Shown: positions 9,841 to 18,313 of the stretch, one piece after another | Position numbering within the stretch: the stretch's first letter is position 1 | Layout of the letters: every line of letters starts with the position of its first letter | Assembly: GCA_051870755.1 (NCBI GenBank) | Contig: JBJECE010000031.1 | Span: 15,242 to 79,241 of the forward strand | Length of the DNA: 64,000 nucleotides | Reading direction: 5' to 3' | DNA from: Paludibacteraceae bacterium | Lineage (GTDB): Bacteria > Bacteroidota > Bacteroidia > Bacteroidales > Paludibacteraceae | Program-made: the position numbers and the translations under genes | The notes under the pieces: generated by a model | The model's database searches: none | What the model saw: only the letters and a program-made list of their open reading frames with translations | What the model was told of the DNA's origin: nothing

Positions 9841-9881
9841 GGGCGATACGGCCAACAAAGCCATATCGCCCGTCGATTTTT
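9841..9881 (+). terminator. Rho-independent terminator after the DUF308 gene
   Basis: Stem GGGCGATA (9841-9848) / TATCGCCC (9864-9871) with an inner GGC/GCC extension. A T5 run follows at 9877-9881. Confidence 0.55.
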
Positions 9882-9901
9882 GTAGCAAGTTATCAGCAGT
9901 G

Positions 9902-10780
9902 CTATTTTTTCACAGGCTTTACTTTGTAACCGGCCTTGCGCAACAAAGCCACCAGACCATTTTCGCCCGCCAGATGCAACGCCCCTACAACGATAAAACA
10001 AGGCTGATCGCTCATCAGTTTGGGTAATTGGCGCGCCCACGCATCGTTGCGTTCGTCCAACATGCCAAAAATCTCTTGTTGCGTGGGAGCATATTTGGTG
10101 CTATCGCTGACATAGAGCGACAACAAGCCATCCAAATTGCCCTGTTTATACAACCTGTTCAGTGTCGCTATTTCGTCAGCAGCGCGTTCGGACTGCTCCA
10201 CCATACCAACCAACAGAAATGCTTGACGTTCAAGCGTTTGCGAATTGTACAACAACGCTATTTGGTCATCAACGGTTTCTAAACCGACCACCGGAAGATT
10301 GTTTTGTTCGGCTATCTGCTGAAAAAACGAATCCAACTGCCAATCGTTGCTTTCGCGCGGAAATAGTTGCTGATAGTACGCCAACATATACAAATTGGAA
10401 ATCATGGCCGGTTTGAGCAACGCCACATCGGACAAACCCATATTCAGCACCACCCTCAACGCCGAATCGACTTTGGCATAGTCTGTCGCCGAAAACAAAC
10501 TGCGCATCTGCGTATGTGTCGGCATGCGCGCACCATCGGTTATGCGTTTCAGCATCGTGGGGTCGTTCACCACCACCTCGCCAACCACCATGCGGCACGA
10601 CTCAAACGCCCTGTACAAACCGGGTATCGAATCCAAAAAATCGACCGACACCAAATGGTGCGTGCCAAACAAATACGATTTTTTCGACAAACCATTACCC
10701 GAAATTTCCCATAATAGTTGCGCATTCGCCGCAAACGCCGACAAAAGCACCATACAAACAGACAAACCGAAACGTTTCAT
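9902..10780 (-). CDS. TraB/GumN family protein (periplasmic)
   Basis: ATG at 10780 gives the signal peptide MKRFGLSVCMVLLSAFAANA. The hallmark motif LWEISGNGLSKKSYLFGTHHL follows. Confidence 0.75.
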   Translation of the reverse strand: MKRFGLSVCMVLLSAFAANAQLLWEISGNGLSKKSYLFGTHHLVSVDFLDSIPGLYRAFESCRMVVGEVVVNDPTMLKRITDGARMPTHTQMRSLFSATDYAKVDSALRVVLNMGLSDVALLKPAMISNLYMLAYYQQLFPRESNDWQLDSFFQQIAEQNNLPVVGLETVDDQIALLYNSQTLERQAFLLVGMVEQSERAADEIATLNRLYKQGNLDGLLSLYVSDSTKYAPTQQEIFGMLDERNDAWARQLPKLMSDQPCFIVVGALHLAGENGLVALLRKAGYKVKPVKK

Positions 10781-10878
10781 AGACTTTTGGTGTGTTAAAT
10801 TTGGGCAAAGATACGTTTTTTTCGGCAATATTCAATGAAAGCGTGCGTTTTTTCAGAAAAAGCAGTAACTTTACAGCC

Positions 10879-11832
10879 ATGAAAAAAATCGCCATCATAC
10901 TGTTTGCCACCTGTATATGCACGGCCTGCGAACGCCCTACAGACATCGATTTCAGAGCGGAAATGCGTCAATTTGTCAGCGCCATCAGCCGCAGCGCCAA
11001 ACAACAAAAAGCCACATTTATTGTCATTCCGCAAAACGGCATCGAACTCATCACCTGCGACGACGAACCGAACGGCGCATTGGCTGCCGACTATCTGGCC
11101 GCCATCGACGGGCATGGCCAAGAAGATTTGTTCTATGGCTACGACGGCGACGACTGCGCCACCTCTGCCGACAATTCCAATTACCTAAAAAACTATCTGA
11201 AACGCTCGCAGCAGGCAGGAAAAACCATCCTCGTAACCGACTACTGCTCTACACCCGCCAAAATAAACAACTCATACGCCCAAAACCACGCCGAAGGATT
11301 CGTGTCGTTCGCAGCACACCGACGGGCGCTCGACCAAATCCCGACAACGCCCATATACAACGAAAATACCGATAAAATCACAAAACTGTCGGAAACCAAA
11401 AATTTTCTGTACCTCATCAATCCGGAACAATTCACCACCAAACAAGCCTTCATCGATGCCGTGTGCGCCACCAACTACGACCTCGTCATTATGGATTTAT
11501 TTTTTCAAGACGGTACAGCATTCACTGCAGCAGAAATAGCCCAATTACGCCACAAAGCCAACGGAGGCACACGCTTGGTCATAGCCTATATGTCGATAGG
11601 CGAAGCCGAAGACTACCGCTACTATTGGCAAAACAGTTGGCGCACACGCAAGCCGACATGGCTCGCTGCCGAAAATCCGTCGTGGAAAGGCAATTACAAA
11701 GTGCGTTATTGGCTACCCGAATGGCAAAACATCATCTACGGCACCCCCGACTCGTATCTGAACCGCATCGTGGCCGCCGATTTCGATGGCGTCTATCTCG
11801 ACATTATCGATGCGTTTGAATACTTCGAATAA
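10879..11832 (+). CDS. GH114 / TM1410-like putative endo-alpha-1,4-polygalactosaminidase lipoprotein
   Basis: ATG at 10879 gives the lipobox signal MKKIAIILFATCICTAC. Motifs AYMSIGEAEDYRYYW and DGVYLDIIDAFEYFE match my memory of the GH114 TIM-barrel family. Confidence 0.6.
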   Translation: MKKIAIILFATCICTACERPTDIDFRAEMRQFVSAISRSAKQQKATFIVIPQNGIELITCDDEPNGALAADYLAAIDGHGQEDLFYGYDGDDCATSADNSNYLKNYLKRSQQAGKTILVTDYCSTPAKINNSYAQNHAEGFVSFAAHRRALDQIPTTPIYNENTDKITKLSETKNFLYLINPEQFTTKQAFIDAVCATNYDLVIMDLFFQDGTAFTAAEIAQLRHKANGGTRLVIAYMSIGEAEDYRYYWQNSWRTRKPTWLAAENPSWKGNYKVRYWLPEWQNIIYGTPDSYLNRIVAADFDGVYLDIIDAFEYFE

Positions 11833-11833
11833 C

Positions 11834-11865
11834 AAAAAATCCTACGGCCACACGACCGCAGGATT
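11834..11865 (-). terminator. Hairpin terminator between convergent genes (better oriented for the minus-strand operon)
   Basis: Stem AATCCTACGG / CCGCAGGATT with 9 bp and one mismatch. On the minus strand a T6 run follows. It starts 26 nt after the stop at 11891. Confidence 0.5.
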
Positions 11866-11890
11866 GTTCTAAAACTATCCAACCATTATT

Positions 11891-13414
11891 TTAGAACTTA
11901 TACGACAAAGTCAATACCGCATTGTGTGCATGCGATTTGATAGTGGCTTCGGTAGCGCTGTCGGGGAACGGACGGAAACTTTCGCGCTGCAAACGATAGG
12001 CATAAGCGAGGTCGAAACCGAAACCTTTGCGCCCGCGATAACCCAATCCTAACGAGCCGTAGCACATACCCTTGTCCGAAAAATACTCCATATCCGTACG
12101 CGTGGTGTTCAACGGCACATTTTTCACCGCATCGTCGCTCACATGCGGCATGCGATAGGCCGCACCGGCACGCACCGCAAAACCTTCTGTGATACGATAT
12201 TCCGCTCCAAGTTTGAACAGATGTCCGTTCGACACATACTCCTCAATATCAACCATCACATCGGCATAGGCATCATTCACACTCAACTGCGTTTGGTCTT
12301 GCGAGATTTTGGTCTGCTTGTAGTTCGTAAACTGATAATCGAAACTTATCAATGCCGATTTGCCGATGACAAACGCCGCACTTGCCTGCAAACGCATCGG
12401 CGACTGCATTTTGTAATACGCCTTGGCAACAGGCGTTTCGAGATTACCCTTCGTATCCTCAGTGATGTGGTAATCCATCGTCGCATAATGGTAGTCCGAC
12501 AACGTGTAGTAAGTAGGCGTATGCACCGAAAAACCTAAACGCAACCACGAGGCCGGACGCGCAATGAAACCAAACTTGAAATTGTAGCCGGCGCCGGAGG
12601 TCTTCAACGTGTTTTTAAGGGTAAAATCGCCACCTTTCTCGAACTGCTCGTTGTACAACGACTGCACCGAATAGGTGATAGTCTGCAAACTGAAACTTGC
12701 GCCCCAATAAAACACATTGCTGATGTTGGCTCCGTATGCAAACGAAAACTCATCGACATAACCATTCTCCACGGCTTTGTAACTCGCCTGCGATTGTTCG
12801 CCGTTCTCCAACAGCGAATACCAATTGCCGGCCGTCAGTGTATCGGGATTGATCAGATAGCCCTGATAAGCCAACTCCGACAAATAGGGAATATTCATAT
12901 TGTCATACGGTTTATTGGCTTCCTGCAACGCGCTCTCTTCGATACCGACGGTGAAATCGGCCATAAAATTGGTCATCGACCGCTGCGCCATTGCATCGAC
13001 AGCCAACGTGGTACGATTGAAATTTTTCAAACGATTGTATGTGAAACCGATATTATTGGCCACCCAACCTTTTGTCTGCTCGCGGTCGATAAACGACCAC
13101 ACAAAAGCCGCATTATTGATGGCAAAATTCGCCAACATGGCTGACGCATCGGTGCCCCACGCTGCTTGTGTCTTGGTGGTGGTAACATCGGCCGTCAGTG
13201 TTGCTTCGGCCATACGGTAGATGCCCAATCCGGCCGGATTGTCGATAATGGCCGAAACATCGCCACCCAATGCGCCGAACGCACCGGCCATACTCATGTA
13301 GCGCGCCGTACCGGTAATGTCGGTGCCGGTGTAACGCATCACATCGAACACCCCTTGCGCCTGCAGCGAACACGCCACTACGAGAGTCGCCAAAAATAGA
13401 CTATAACGTTTCAT
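11891..13414 (-). CDS. FadL/OmpP1/TodX-like outer-membrane beta-barrel protein
   Basis: ATG at 13414 gives the signal peptide MKRYSLFLATLVVACSLQAQ. The motif ARYMSMAGAFGALGGDVSAIIDNPAGLG resembles the FadL/PorV-type N-terminal hatch. Alternating beta pattern throughout, with a terminal ...LTLSYKF. Confidence 0.7.
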   Translation of the reverse strand: MKRYSLFLATLVVACSLQAQGVFDVMRYTGTDITGTARYMSMAGAFGALGGDVSAIIDNPAGLGIYRMAEATLTADVTTTKTQAAWGTDASAMLANFAINNAAFVWSFIDREQTKGWVANNIGFTYNRLKNFNRTTLAVDAMAQRSMTNFMADFTVGIEESALQEANKPYDNMNIPYLSELAYQGYLINPDTLTAGNWYSLLENGEQSQASYKAVENGYVDEFSFAYGANISNVFYWGASFSLQTITYSVQSLYNEQFEKGGDFTLKNTLKTSGAGYNFKFGFIARPASWLRLGFSVHTPTYYTLSDYHYATMDYHITEDTKGNLETPVAKAYYKMQSPMRLQASAAFVIGKSALISFDYQFTNYKQTKISQDQTQLSVNDAYADVMVDIEEYVSNGHLFKLGAEYRITEGFAVRAGAAYRMPHVSDDAVKNVPLNTTRTDMEYFSDKGMCYGSLGLGYRGRKGFGFDLAYAYRLQRESFRPFPDSATEATIKSHAHNAVLTLSYKF

Positions 13415-13448
13415 AATTGTTACATTTTTGTTGTGATGATACCAATAT

Positions 13449-14696
13449 TTATCGACGCGTGTTGCTGCTGCCACCACCGCGGCTTCCAGACGATACACTG
13501 CCGCCTCCGCGACTACCCGACGATACGCTTCCCGACGAACGTGTACCGGCCGATGAACTGCTGCGTCCCGACGATACGCTGCTCGAACTTGACGAGCGTG
13601 TGCCGGTGTTTGTGCTGCGCGACGTCGATTGCGTTTGGCGCGATGTCGATTGCACATTGGTGCGCGTGCTGCTCGACGACGACGATGAAGAGCGTTGCGA
13701 AGTCGAAGTAGCGCTGCTACGCGTGGTGCTCGACGATGACGACGAACTGCTGCTTTGGCGCACTGCTCCACTCGTCTGGCTGTTGTTTACACGCGTTGTA
13801 CTCGAGCGTGTTCCCGTATCGGACGACACACGCACCGTTTGGCGTGTACCGGAACTTTGTACCGGCGTAGCGGTTGCCCGTCCATTACCATCGCGTACCA
13901 CTTCGGAACGTGTAGTTTGCGTGCGTGTCGGTGCCGACGAACTTTGTATCGTTGTGCCGCGCGAACTTGTCGAGGTGCTGCTGCTGCTGCCTACGGCTGT
14001 GCGCGTGCCGCCATAACGTCCGGCACTGTTGTGTTGCAAACGATACGTTTCGTTCGAAGCGTACGTATAGTTGTTGCCAACGTTGGTGTGCGACCCACCG
14101 CCGTAGTGCGGCTTGTGATACACCGGATGATGATGGTGGTGATAATGGTGGTGATGATAGGCATACGGATGGTAATAGTACCACGGACGATACCACGCAT
14201 CGTAATAACTCCAATACCACGGATCGTAGGCATAACCATAATAGTAGCGATAAGGACGATACCAATAGTTCCAACCATAATAATCCCAACCATAATCGTA
14301 GTCGTAGTTATTGACATACACGTTGGTTACCGAACTATTGTCGGCTGCATTATATGGCTCTATATCAACATCGTCGCCTACCGAAACGATATAACGTCCG
14401 TTTTCGATGTCGTAAACCGTAGTGTCGTTACCATTGATGTGCACCAACAGGTTTTTGTTGTGAAATTTATTCAACCGATTGGTGTAGGTGTAGTCTTCTT
14501 CCGTCAGGCTGATGGCAGGATCGGCGGTTGTGGTAACCGAAACGGTGGTTTGGGCTGCTGCCGACGATGTCGTCGTAACCGTTACTTTGACGGTTTTGAT
14601 GTCTGTTTTGGGGTTAAAGTAGATGTCGTCGTACTGCGCGAAAACGGTTACTGACGCGAACAGACTCACTGCGAGAAATAGGCTAAAGCGTTTCAT
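13449..14696 (-). CDS. Secreted low-complexity protein: N-domain, Tyr/Trp/His-rich block, Ser/Thr/Arg-rich tail
   Basis: Signal peptide MKRFSLFLAVSLFASVTVFAQ. Residues 131-198 contain 25 Tyr, 7 Trp and 12 His out of 68, including HHHHYHHHHH. The tail (aa 231-415) has 23 Arg, 3 Asp/Glu and no Lys, and is otherwise mostly Ser/Thr/Gly. The stop is 35 nt before the barrel gene's ATG. Confidence 0.75.
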   Translation of the reverse strand: MKRFSLFLAVSLFASVTVFAQYDDIYFNPKTDIKTVKVTVTTTSSAAAQTTVSVTTTADPAISLTEEDYTYTNRLNKFHNKNLLVHINGNDTTVYDIENGRYIVSVGDDVDIEPYNAADNSSVTNVYVNNYDYDYGWDYYGWNYWYRPYRYYYGYAYDPWYWSYYDAWYRPWYYYHPYAYHHHHYHHHHHPVYHKPHYGGGSHTNVGNNYTYASNETYRLQHNSAGRYGGTRTAVGSSSSTSTSSRGTTIQSSSAPTRTQTTRSEVVRDGNGRATATPVQSSGTRQTVRVSSDTGTRSSTTRVNNSQTSGAVRQSSSSSSSSSTTRSSATSTSQRSSSSSSSSTRTNVQSTSRQTQSTSRSTNTGTRSSSSSSVSSGRSSSSAGTRSSGSVSSGSRGGGSVSSGSRGGGSSNTRR

Positions 14697-14701
14697 GATA
14701 A

Positions 14702-14706
14702 CCTCC
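14702..14706 (-). promoter_or_regulatory. Canonical Shine-Dalgarno (AAGGAGGT) 5 nt upstream of the ATG at 14696
   Basis: The minus strand reads AAAAAAGGAGGTTATCATG. Other starts I inspected in this window lack GGAGG. Confidence 0.6.
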
Positions 14707-14828
14707 TTTTTTAAGAAATTCTACATTAAACTTTTTTGCAAGAAGCGCAAATATTGTGCAAAACGCACTTGATTAAAGTTATTTATATAAAATTAACAAT
14801 AAGTTACACATTATCAATCTTTTCACGA

Positions 14829-14836
14829 CAAAGTTA
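14829..14836 (-). promoter_or_regulatory. -7 box TAacTTTG
   Basis: Plus strand reads CAAAGTTA. It would give a ~125-nt AT-rich leader for the gene starting at 14696. Confidence 0.4.
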
Positions 14837-14875
14837 GATAAAAAAATTGATATTTTTGCAATTTGCGTGCAAATT

Positions 14876-15289
14876 TTACTTTTTTCGTTGGTAGTCGAAT
14901 GCGCCGACATAGACTACAATCGTTTCGTATGGCGGCGTGTAGGTTTGTCCGTAGCGCGCTGCTGCGTATTTGAAACGGCATTGTTCGCTGAGCGGCAGCG
15001 AGTCCAATTCGGCGACCGAAAGTCGTTGTGTGATGTCGGTCATGGCCTTGTTGCACGCACTGTCGCACCCATACATGCTGTCGCTTTTGAACCGCATGGT
15101 GGCGCCGCCAAGCGGGCATCCTTTATCTTGCAGATACTTCAACACCAACACCGAATCGTTGGGTGTAAATTCCGATTCGAAAACGCCGACGCTGTAAACT
15201 TGTTCTATCGATATTTCCATTTCGGAAACACAACCGCACAGTAGAACGGCCACGGCTGCGAGGCTTGTGAGGAGATGCTGTTTTTTCAT
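14876..15289 (-). CDS. Small hypothetical lipoprotein
   Basis: MKKQHLLTSLAAVAVLLCGC is a lipobox signal. The protein is Cys-rich and 137 aa long, with no family recognised. Confidence 0.55.
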   Translation of the reverse strand: MKKQHLLTSLAAVAVLLCGCVSEMEISIEQVYSVGVFESEFTPNDSVLVLKYLQDKGCPLGGATMRFKSDSMYGCDSACNKAMTDITQRLSVAELDSLPLSEQCRFKYAAARYGQTYTPPYETIVVYVGAFDYQRKK

Positions 15290-15296
15290 ACGTTAT

Positions 15297-15893
15297 TCAT
15301 TCTATGAGTTTAATAGTGGTCGTTTCGGACAAAAGTTTGACGATTGTATCGTCGAGTGATTGGCGCACGGCAAAACGCAAGGTGCAATCCATCTCTTGCT
15401 GCTGTTCGATGATGGTGAGCCCGTATTCCTTGACGAGGCGCATCACGCGATTCATCTGTGCATAGTCGTAGCGTATGGTGTGTACCACTTCTATCGTTCG
15501 TTCTACAATCGTATTGTTGGCCAATGCGTCGGCTGCTGCCGCTTTGTAGGCTTGCACAAGTCCGCTTGTGCCTAACAAGATGCCGCCGAAATAGCGCACC
15601 ACGATAATCAGCACATCGGACAACCGGTGTGCGTTGATTTGCCCGAGAATCGGTTTGCCGGCAGTGCCTGTCGGTTCGCCATCGTCGTTAGCTCGGAACT
15701 CGGTGCGTGCGCCACCCAACATATAAGCGTAGCATACATGTCGGGCATCGTGATAGGTTTTGCGTGCGGCCTCGACCAACGTTTTCACCTCTTGCACAGT
15801 GCGCACCGGATGTGCGAACGCCAAAAATCGGCTGCCTTTTTCTTTGTAGCATCCGTCCGATGTGTGTGCTATGGTCAAATAGGTGTCGGCCAT
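15297..15893 (-). CDS. yigZ: YigZ / IMPACT family protein (UPF0029)
   Basis: Motifs YKEKGSRFLAFAHPV, ARHVCYAY, DDGEPTGTAGKPIL and VVRYFGGILLG are the conserved IMPACT N-domain motifs. Confidence 0.8.
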   Translation of the reverse strand: MADTYLTIAHTSDGCYKEKGSRFLAFAHPVRTVQEVKTLVEAARKTYHDARHVCYAYMLGGARTEFRANDDGEPTGTAGKPILGQINAHRLSDVLIIVVRYFGGILLGTSGLVQAYKAAAADALANNTIVERTIEVVHTIRYDYAQMNRVMRLVKEYGLTIIEQQQEMDCTLRFAVRQSLDDTIVKLLSETTTIKLIE

Positions 15894-15911
15894 GTGTGTC
15901 GATGGTGTTGT

Positions 15912-17453
15912 TTACTCCCTGAAATAGACGCGTCGCACGCGCGAAGCGATAGACGTGAGTACTTCGTACGGAATGGTGCCTAACAAGGCGGCAATATCGG
16001 ATATACGGCGGTTGTCGCCAAAGACGACCACTTCGTCGCCCACTTCGGCATTGAGTCCCGTAACGTCCACCATCATCAAATCCATGCAGATATTGCCCAC
16101 TATCGGTGCGCGTTGTCCGTTGTAGAATACCGATCCGACGCCGTTGCCAAGTCGGCGATCCATGCCGTCGGCATAGCCGATGGGCAGCAGAGCGATTTCG
16201 GTATCGTGTTCGATTTTTCCGCGTCGGTTGTAGCCTACCGTATCGCCGGCTTTGACGGTTTTCAGTTGCATGATGTGTGTACTCAGCGAGCAGACGTTGC
16301 GCAGTTTTTGTTCGTTCACGCAATTCATGCCCCACAGGCCGATGCCCAATCGTACCATGTCGAATTGATATTGCGCGAAACGTTCGATGCCGGCGGTGTT
16401 GAGCGTGTGTTTGATGACGGTGTAGCCGAGTCCGCGTTCTAACGCTTCGGCATTTTGGCGAAAAAGCGCAATTTGCTGTAACGTGAATTTATCCATTTCC
16501 GGAGTAGGCTCGTCGGCGGCGGCCAAATGCGAGAAGGTCGATGCGACGCGCACAGCCGTTTGTCCGTTGAGCACAGCGCACACTTGCGCGATGTCGTCGG
16601 TTTCAAAACCGGCGCGGTGCATGCCTGTATCGAGTTTGATGTGTATGGGATAATCGGTAAAACCGTGGCGTTGCGCTTCGGCAATGACGATTTTGAGGAA
16701 ATGGAACGAGCAAATTTCAGGTTCGAGCCGATATTTGAACAGATGGTGCAATGCTGTTTCCATCGGGTCGAGCACGATGATGGGCAGGTTGATGCCGGCT
16801 TGGCGCAGTTCGACGCCCTCGTTGACAAAGGCCACGCCGAGATAATCGACTCCGTGGTGTTGCATGGCTTGTGCCACTTCGATGGAGCCGCTGCCATAGG
16901 CCGATGCTTTCACCATACACATCAGTTTGGTGGTCGGTTTCAATTTCGAGCGAAAATAGTCGATATTGTGGAACATGGCATCGAAGTTGATTTCGAGCAC
17001 GGTGTCGTGCGCCAACAAGCGGAGGTGCGCCAAGATGCGTTCCGGTTCAAATTCTGGTGCGATTTTCAACAAAATGGCTTCTTTTTGGAATGTTGAAATG
17101 ATTTCAGACCCCAGAAAATCGGCGGTTGTTTGAAAGAATGCTTTGTTCTGAATATCAAATAGTTTCGAGTGCGAATACAGGTCATTTCCAACAAAAACAA
17201 TCCTATTCACAGCCTGTGTTTCTATCACTTGTCGAATATTGGCATAAAACATTTCGCACACCACCTCGTCGCCGTTGATGTCGGACACGATGAGTGTGCG
17301 GCGCAAGTTTTGGTTGGCCGATTGTTGTTCCAAAAAACCGAGCGCGTGCTTGGTGAGCGATGTCAAATCGGAGTCGTGCGTATCGCGCACCAACAGACAG
17401 CCGTTGATGCCGGCTTCGACTTCAAAACGTGGCGTTTTTTGCGTTACATTCAT
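15912..17453 (-). CDS. alr: Alanine racemase with an N-terminal degenerate MurF C-terminal-like domain
   Basis: PLP-lysine motif MVKASAYGSG and the C-terminal racemase beta domain (GYADG, ICMDLMMVDV). The first ~135 aa resemble the Mur-ligase C-terminal domain but lack the YNANP motif. Confidence 0.85.
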   Translation of the reverse strand: MNVTQKTPRFEVEAGINGCLLVRDTHDSDLTSLTKHALGFLEQQSANQNLRRTLIVSDINGDEVVCEMFYANIRQVIETQAVNRIVFVGNDLYSHSKLFDIQNKAFFQTTADFLGSEIISTFQKEAILLKIAPEFEPERILAHLRLLAHDTVLEINFDAMFHNIDYFRSKLKPTTKLMCMVKASAYGSGSIEVAQAMQHHGVDYLGVAFVNEGVELRQAGINLPIIVLDPMETALHHLFKYRLEPEICSFHFLKIVIAEAQRHGFTDYPIHIKLDTGMHRAGFETDDIAQVCAVLNGQTAVRVASTFSHLAAADEPTPEMDKFTLQQIALFRQNAEALERGLGYTVIKHTLNTAGIERFAQYQFDMVRLGIGLWGMNCVNEQKLRNVCSLSTHIMQLKTVKAGDTVGYNRRGKIEHDTEIALLPIGYADGMDRRLGNGVGSVFYNGQRAPIVGNICMDLMMVDVTGLNAEVGDEVVVFGDNRRISDIAALLGTIPYEVLTSIASRVRRVYFRE

Positions 17454-17467
17454 GCGTTTTGGCGTGG

Positions 17468-18277
17468 TTAAAGCAGATTGTCGGCATTCAGGTTATCTTT
17501 CTCGATGTCGAGAAAATAGCGATACGTGCCGACTTTCAGTTCGTAGCACGCTTCGTAGTCGCACACGATGATGCCTTTGGGGTGCATTTGCAGTGCGCTG
17601 ACCGTCCACATGTGCGAAACGCCCTCTTCGACGGCGTGTTGCAAGGCGCGCGCCTTGTTATGTCCATTGACGATGATGAGCACCTCTTTGGCATCAAGCA
17701 CGGTACCGACGCCGACGGTAAGTGCCGTTTTCGGTACTTTGTTCACATCGTTGTCGAAGAAGCGCGAATTGGCAATGATGGTGTCGGTGGTCAACGATTT
17801 TTGGCGCGTGCGCGATACCAGCGACGAGCCCGGCTCGTTGAACGCAATATGTCCGTCGGGGCCGATGCCGCCAAGGAAGAGGTCGATGCCGCCAACCGCC
17901 TTGATTTTGGCTTCGTAGCGTTCGCACTCGGCATCCAAATCGTCGGCGTTGCCATTCAGTATATTGACATTTTCGCGTTTGATGTCGATATGTTTGAAAA
18001 AGTTGTTCCACATGAACGAGTGATAACTTTCGGGATGCTCCTCAGGCAGGCCGATATACTCGTCCATATTGAATGTGATGACATTTTGGAACGAAACAAC
18101 GCCTTGTCGGTTCAGGTTGATGAGTTCGCGATACATGCCCAATGGCGATGATCCGGTAGGCAGGCCGAGTACAAATGATTTGTCGGCCGTTGGTGCGGCT
18201 GCCAAGATGCGTCGTGCGACATAGCGCGCCGCCCAGCGCGACACTTCGGCGTAGTCCGGTTCGATGATAACTCTCAT
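17468..18277 (-). CDS. nagB: Glucosamine-6-phosphate deaminase
   Basis: Near full-length match to the NagB pattern: [36 protein letters not shown]. Confidence 0.92.
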   Translation of the reverse strand: MRVIIEPDYAEVSRWAARYVARRILAAAPTADKSFVLGLPTGSSPLGMYRELINLNRQGVVSFQNVITFNMDEYIGLPEEHPESYHSFMWNNFFKHIDIKRENVNILNGNADDLDAECERYEAKIKAVGGIDLFLGGIGPDGHIAFNEPGSSLVSRTRQKSLTTDTIIANSRFFDNDVNKVPKTALTVGVGTVLDAKEVLIIVNGHNKARALQHAVEEGVSHMWTVSALQMHPKGIIVCDYEACYELKVGTYRYFLDIEKDNLNADNLL

Positions 18278-18313
18278 ATAAAATGTTGTGTATTAGTGGT
18301 TTGTGTAATTTAT

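Noticed and set aside
13415-13771. The track ORF 11891..13771 gives the barrel protein a 119-aa Arg-rich N-terminal extension (MEQCAKAAVRRHRRAPR...).
   Set aside because: The extension is the Ser/Arg tail of the upstream gene read in another frame. A clean ATG at 13414 gives a canonical signal peptide (MKRYSLFLATLVVACSLQAQ) right after the upstream stop at 13449.
13417-14654. Plus-strand ORFs of 199 aa and 299 aa, plus other frames, across the low-complexity gene.
   Set aside because: They are antisense or alternate-frame readings of a repetitive, compositionally biased region (poly-Leu/Asp/Val/Arg strings). They have no signal peptide, promoter or start context. The minus-strand frame has a signal peptide, an SD and an operon partner.
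14853-14860. A plus-strand TAttTTTG box and the adjacent 7-2-7 inverted repeat AATTTGC-GT-GCAAATT (14863-14878).
   Set aside because: No plus-strand gene follows. The 2-nt loop makes a hairpin unlikely. The region is AT-rich enough for chance matches. It might be an operator, but I cannot support that.
17454-17467. A possible decayed MurF ligase core upstream of alr, as a pseudogene.
   Set aside because: Only 14 nt separate alr from the nagB stop, so there is no room for remnants.
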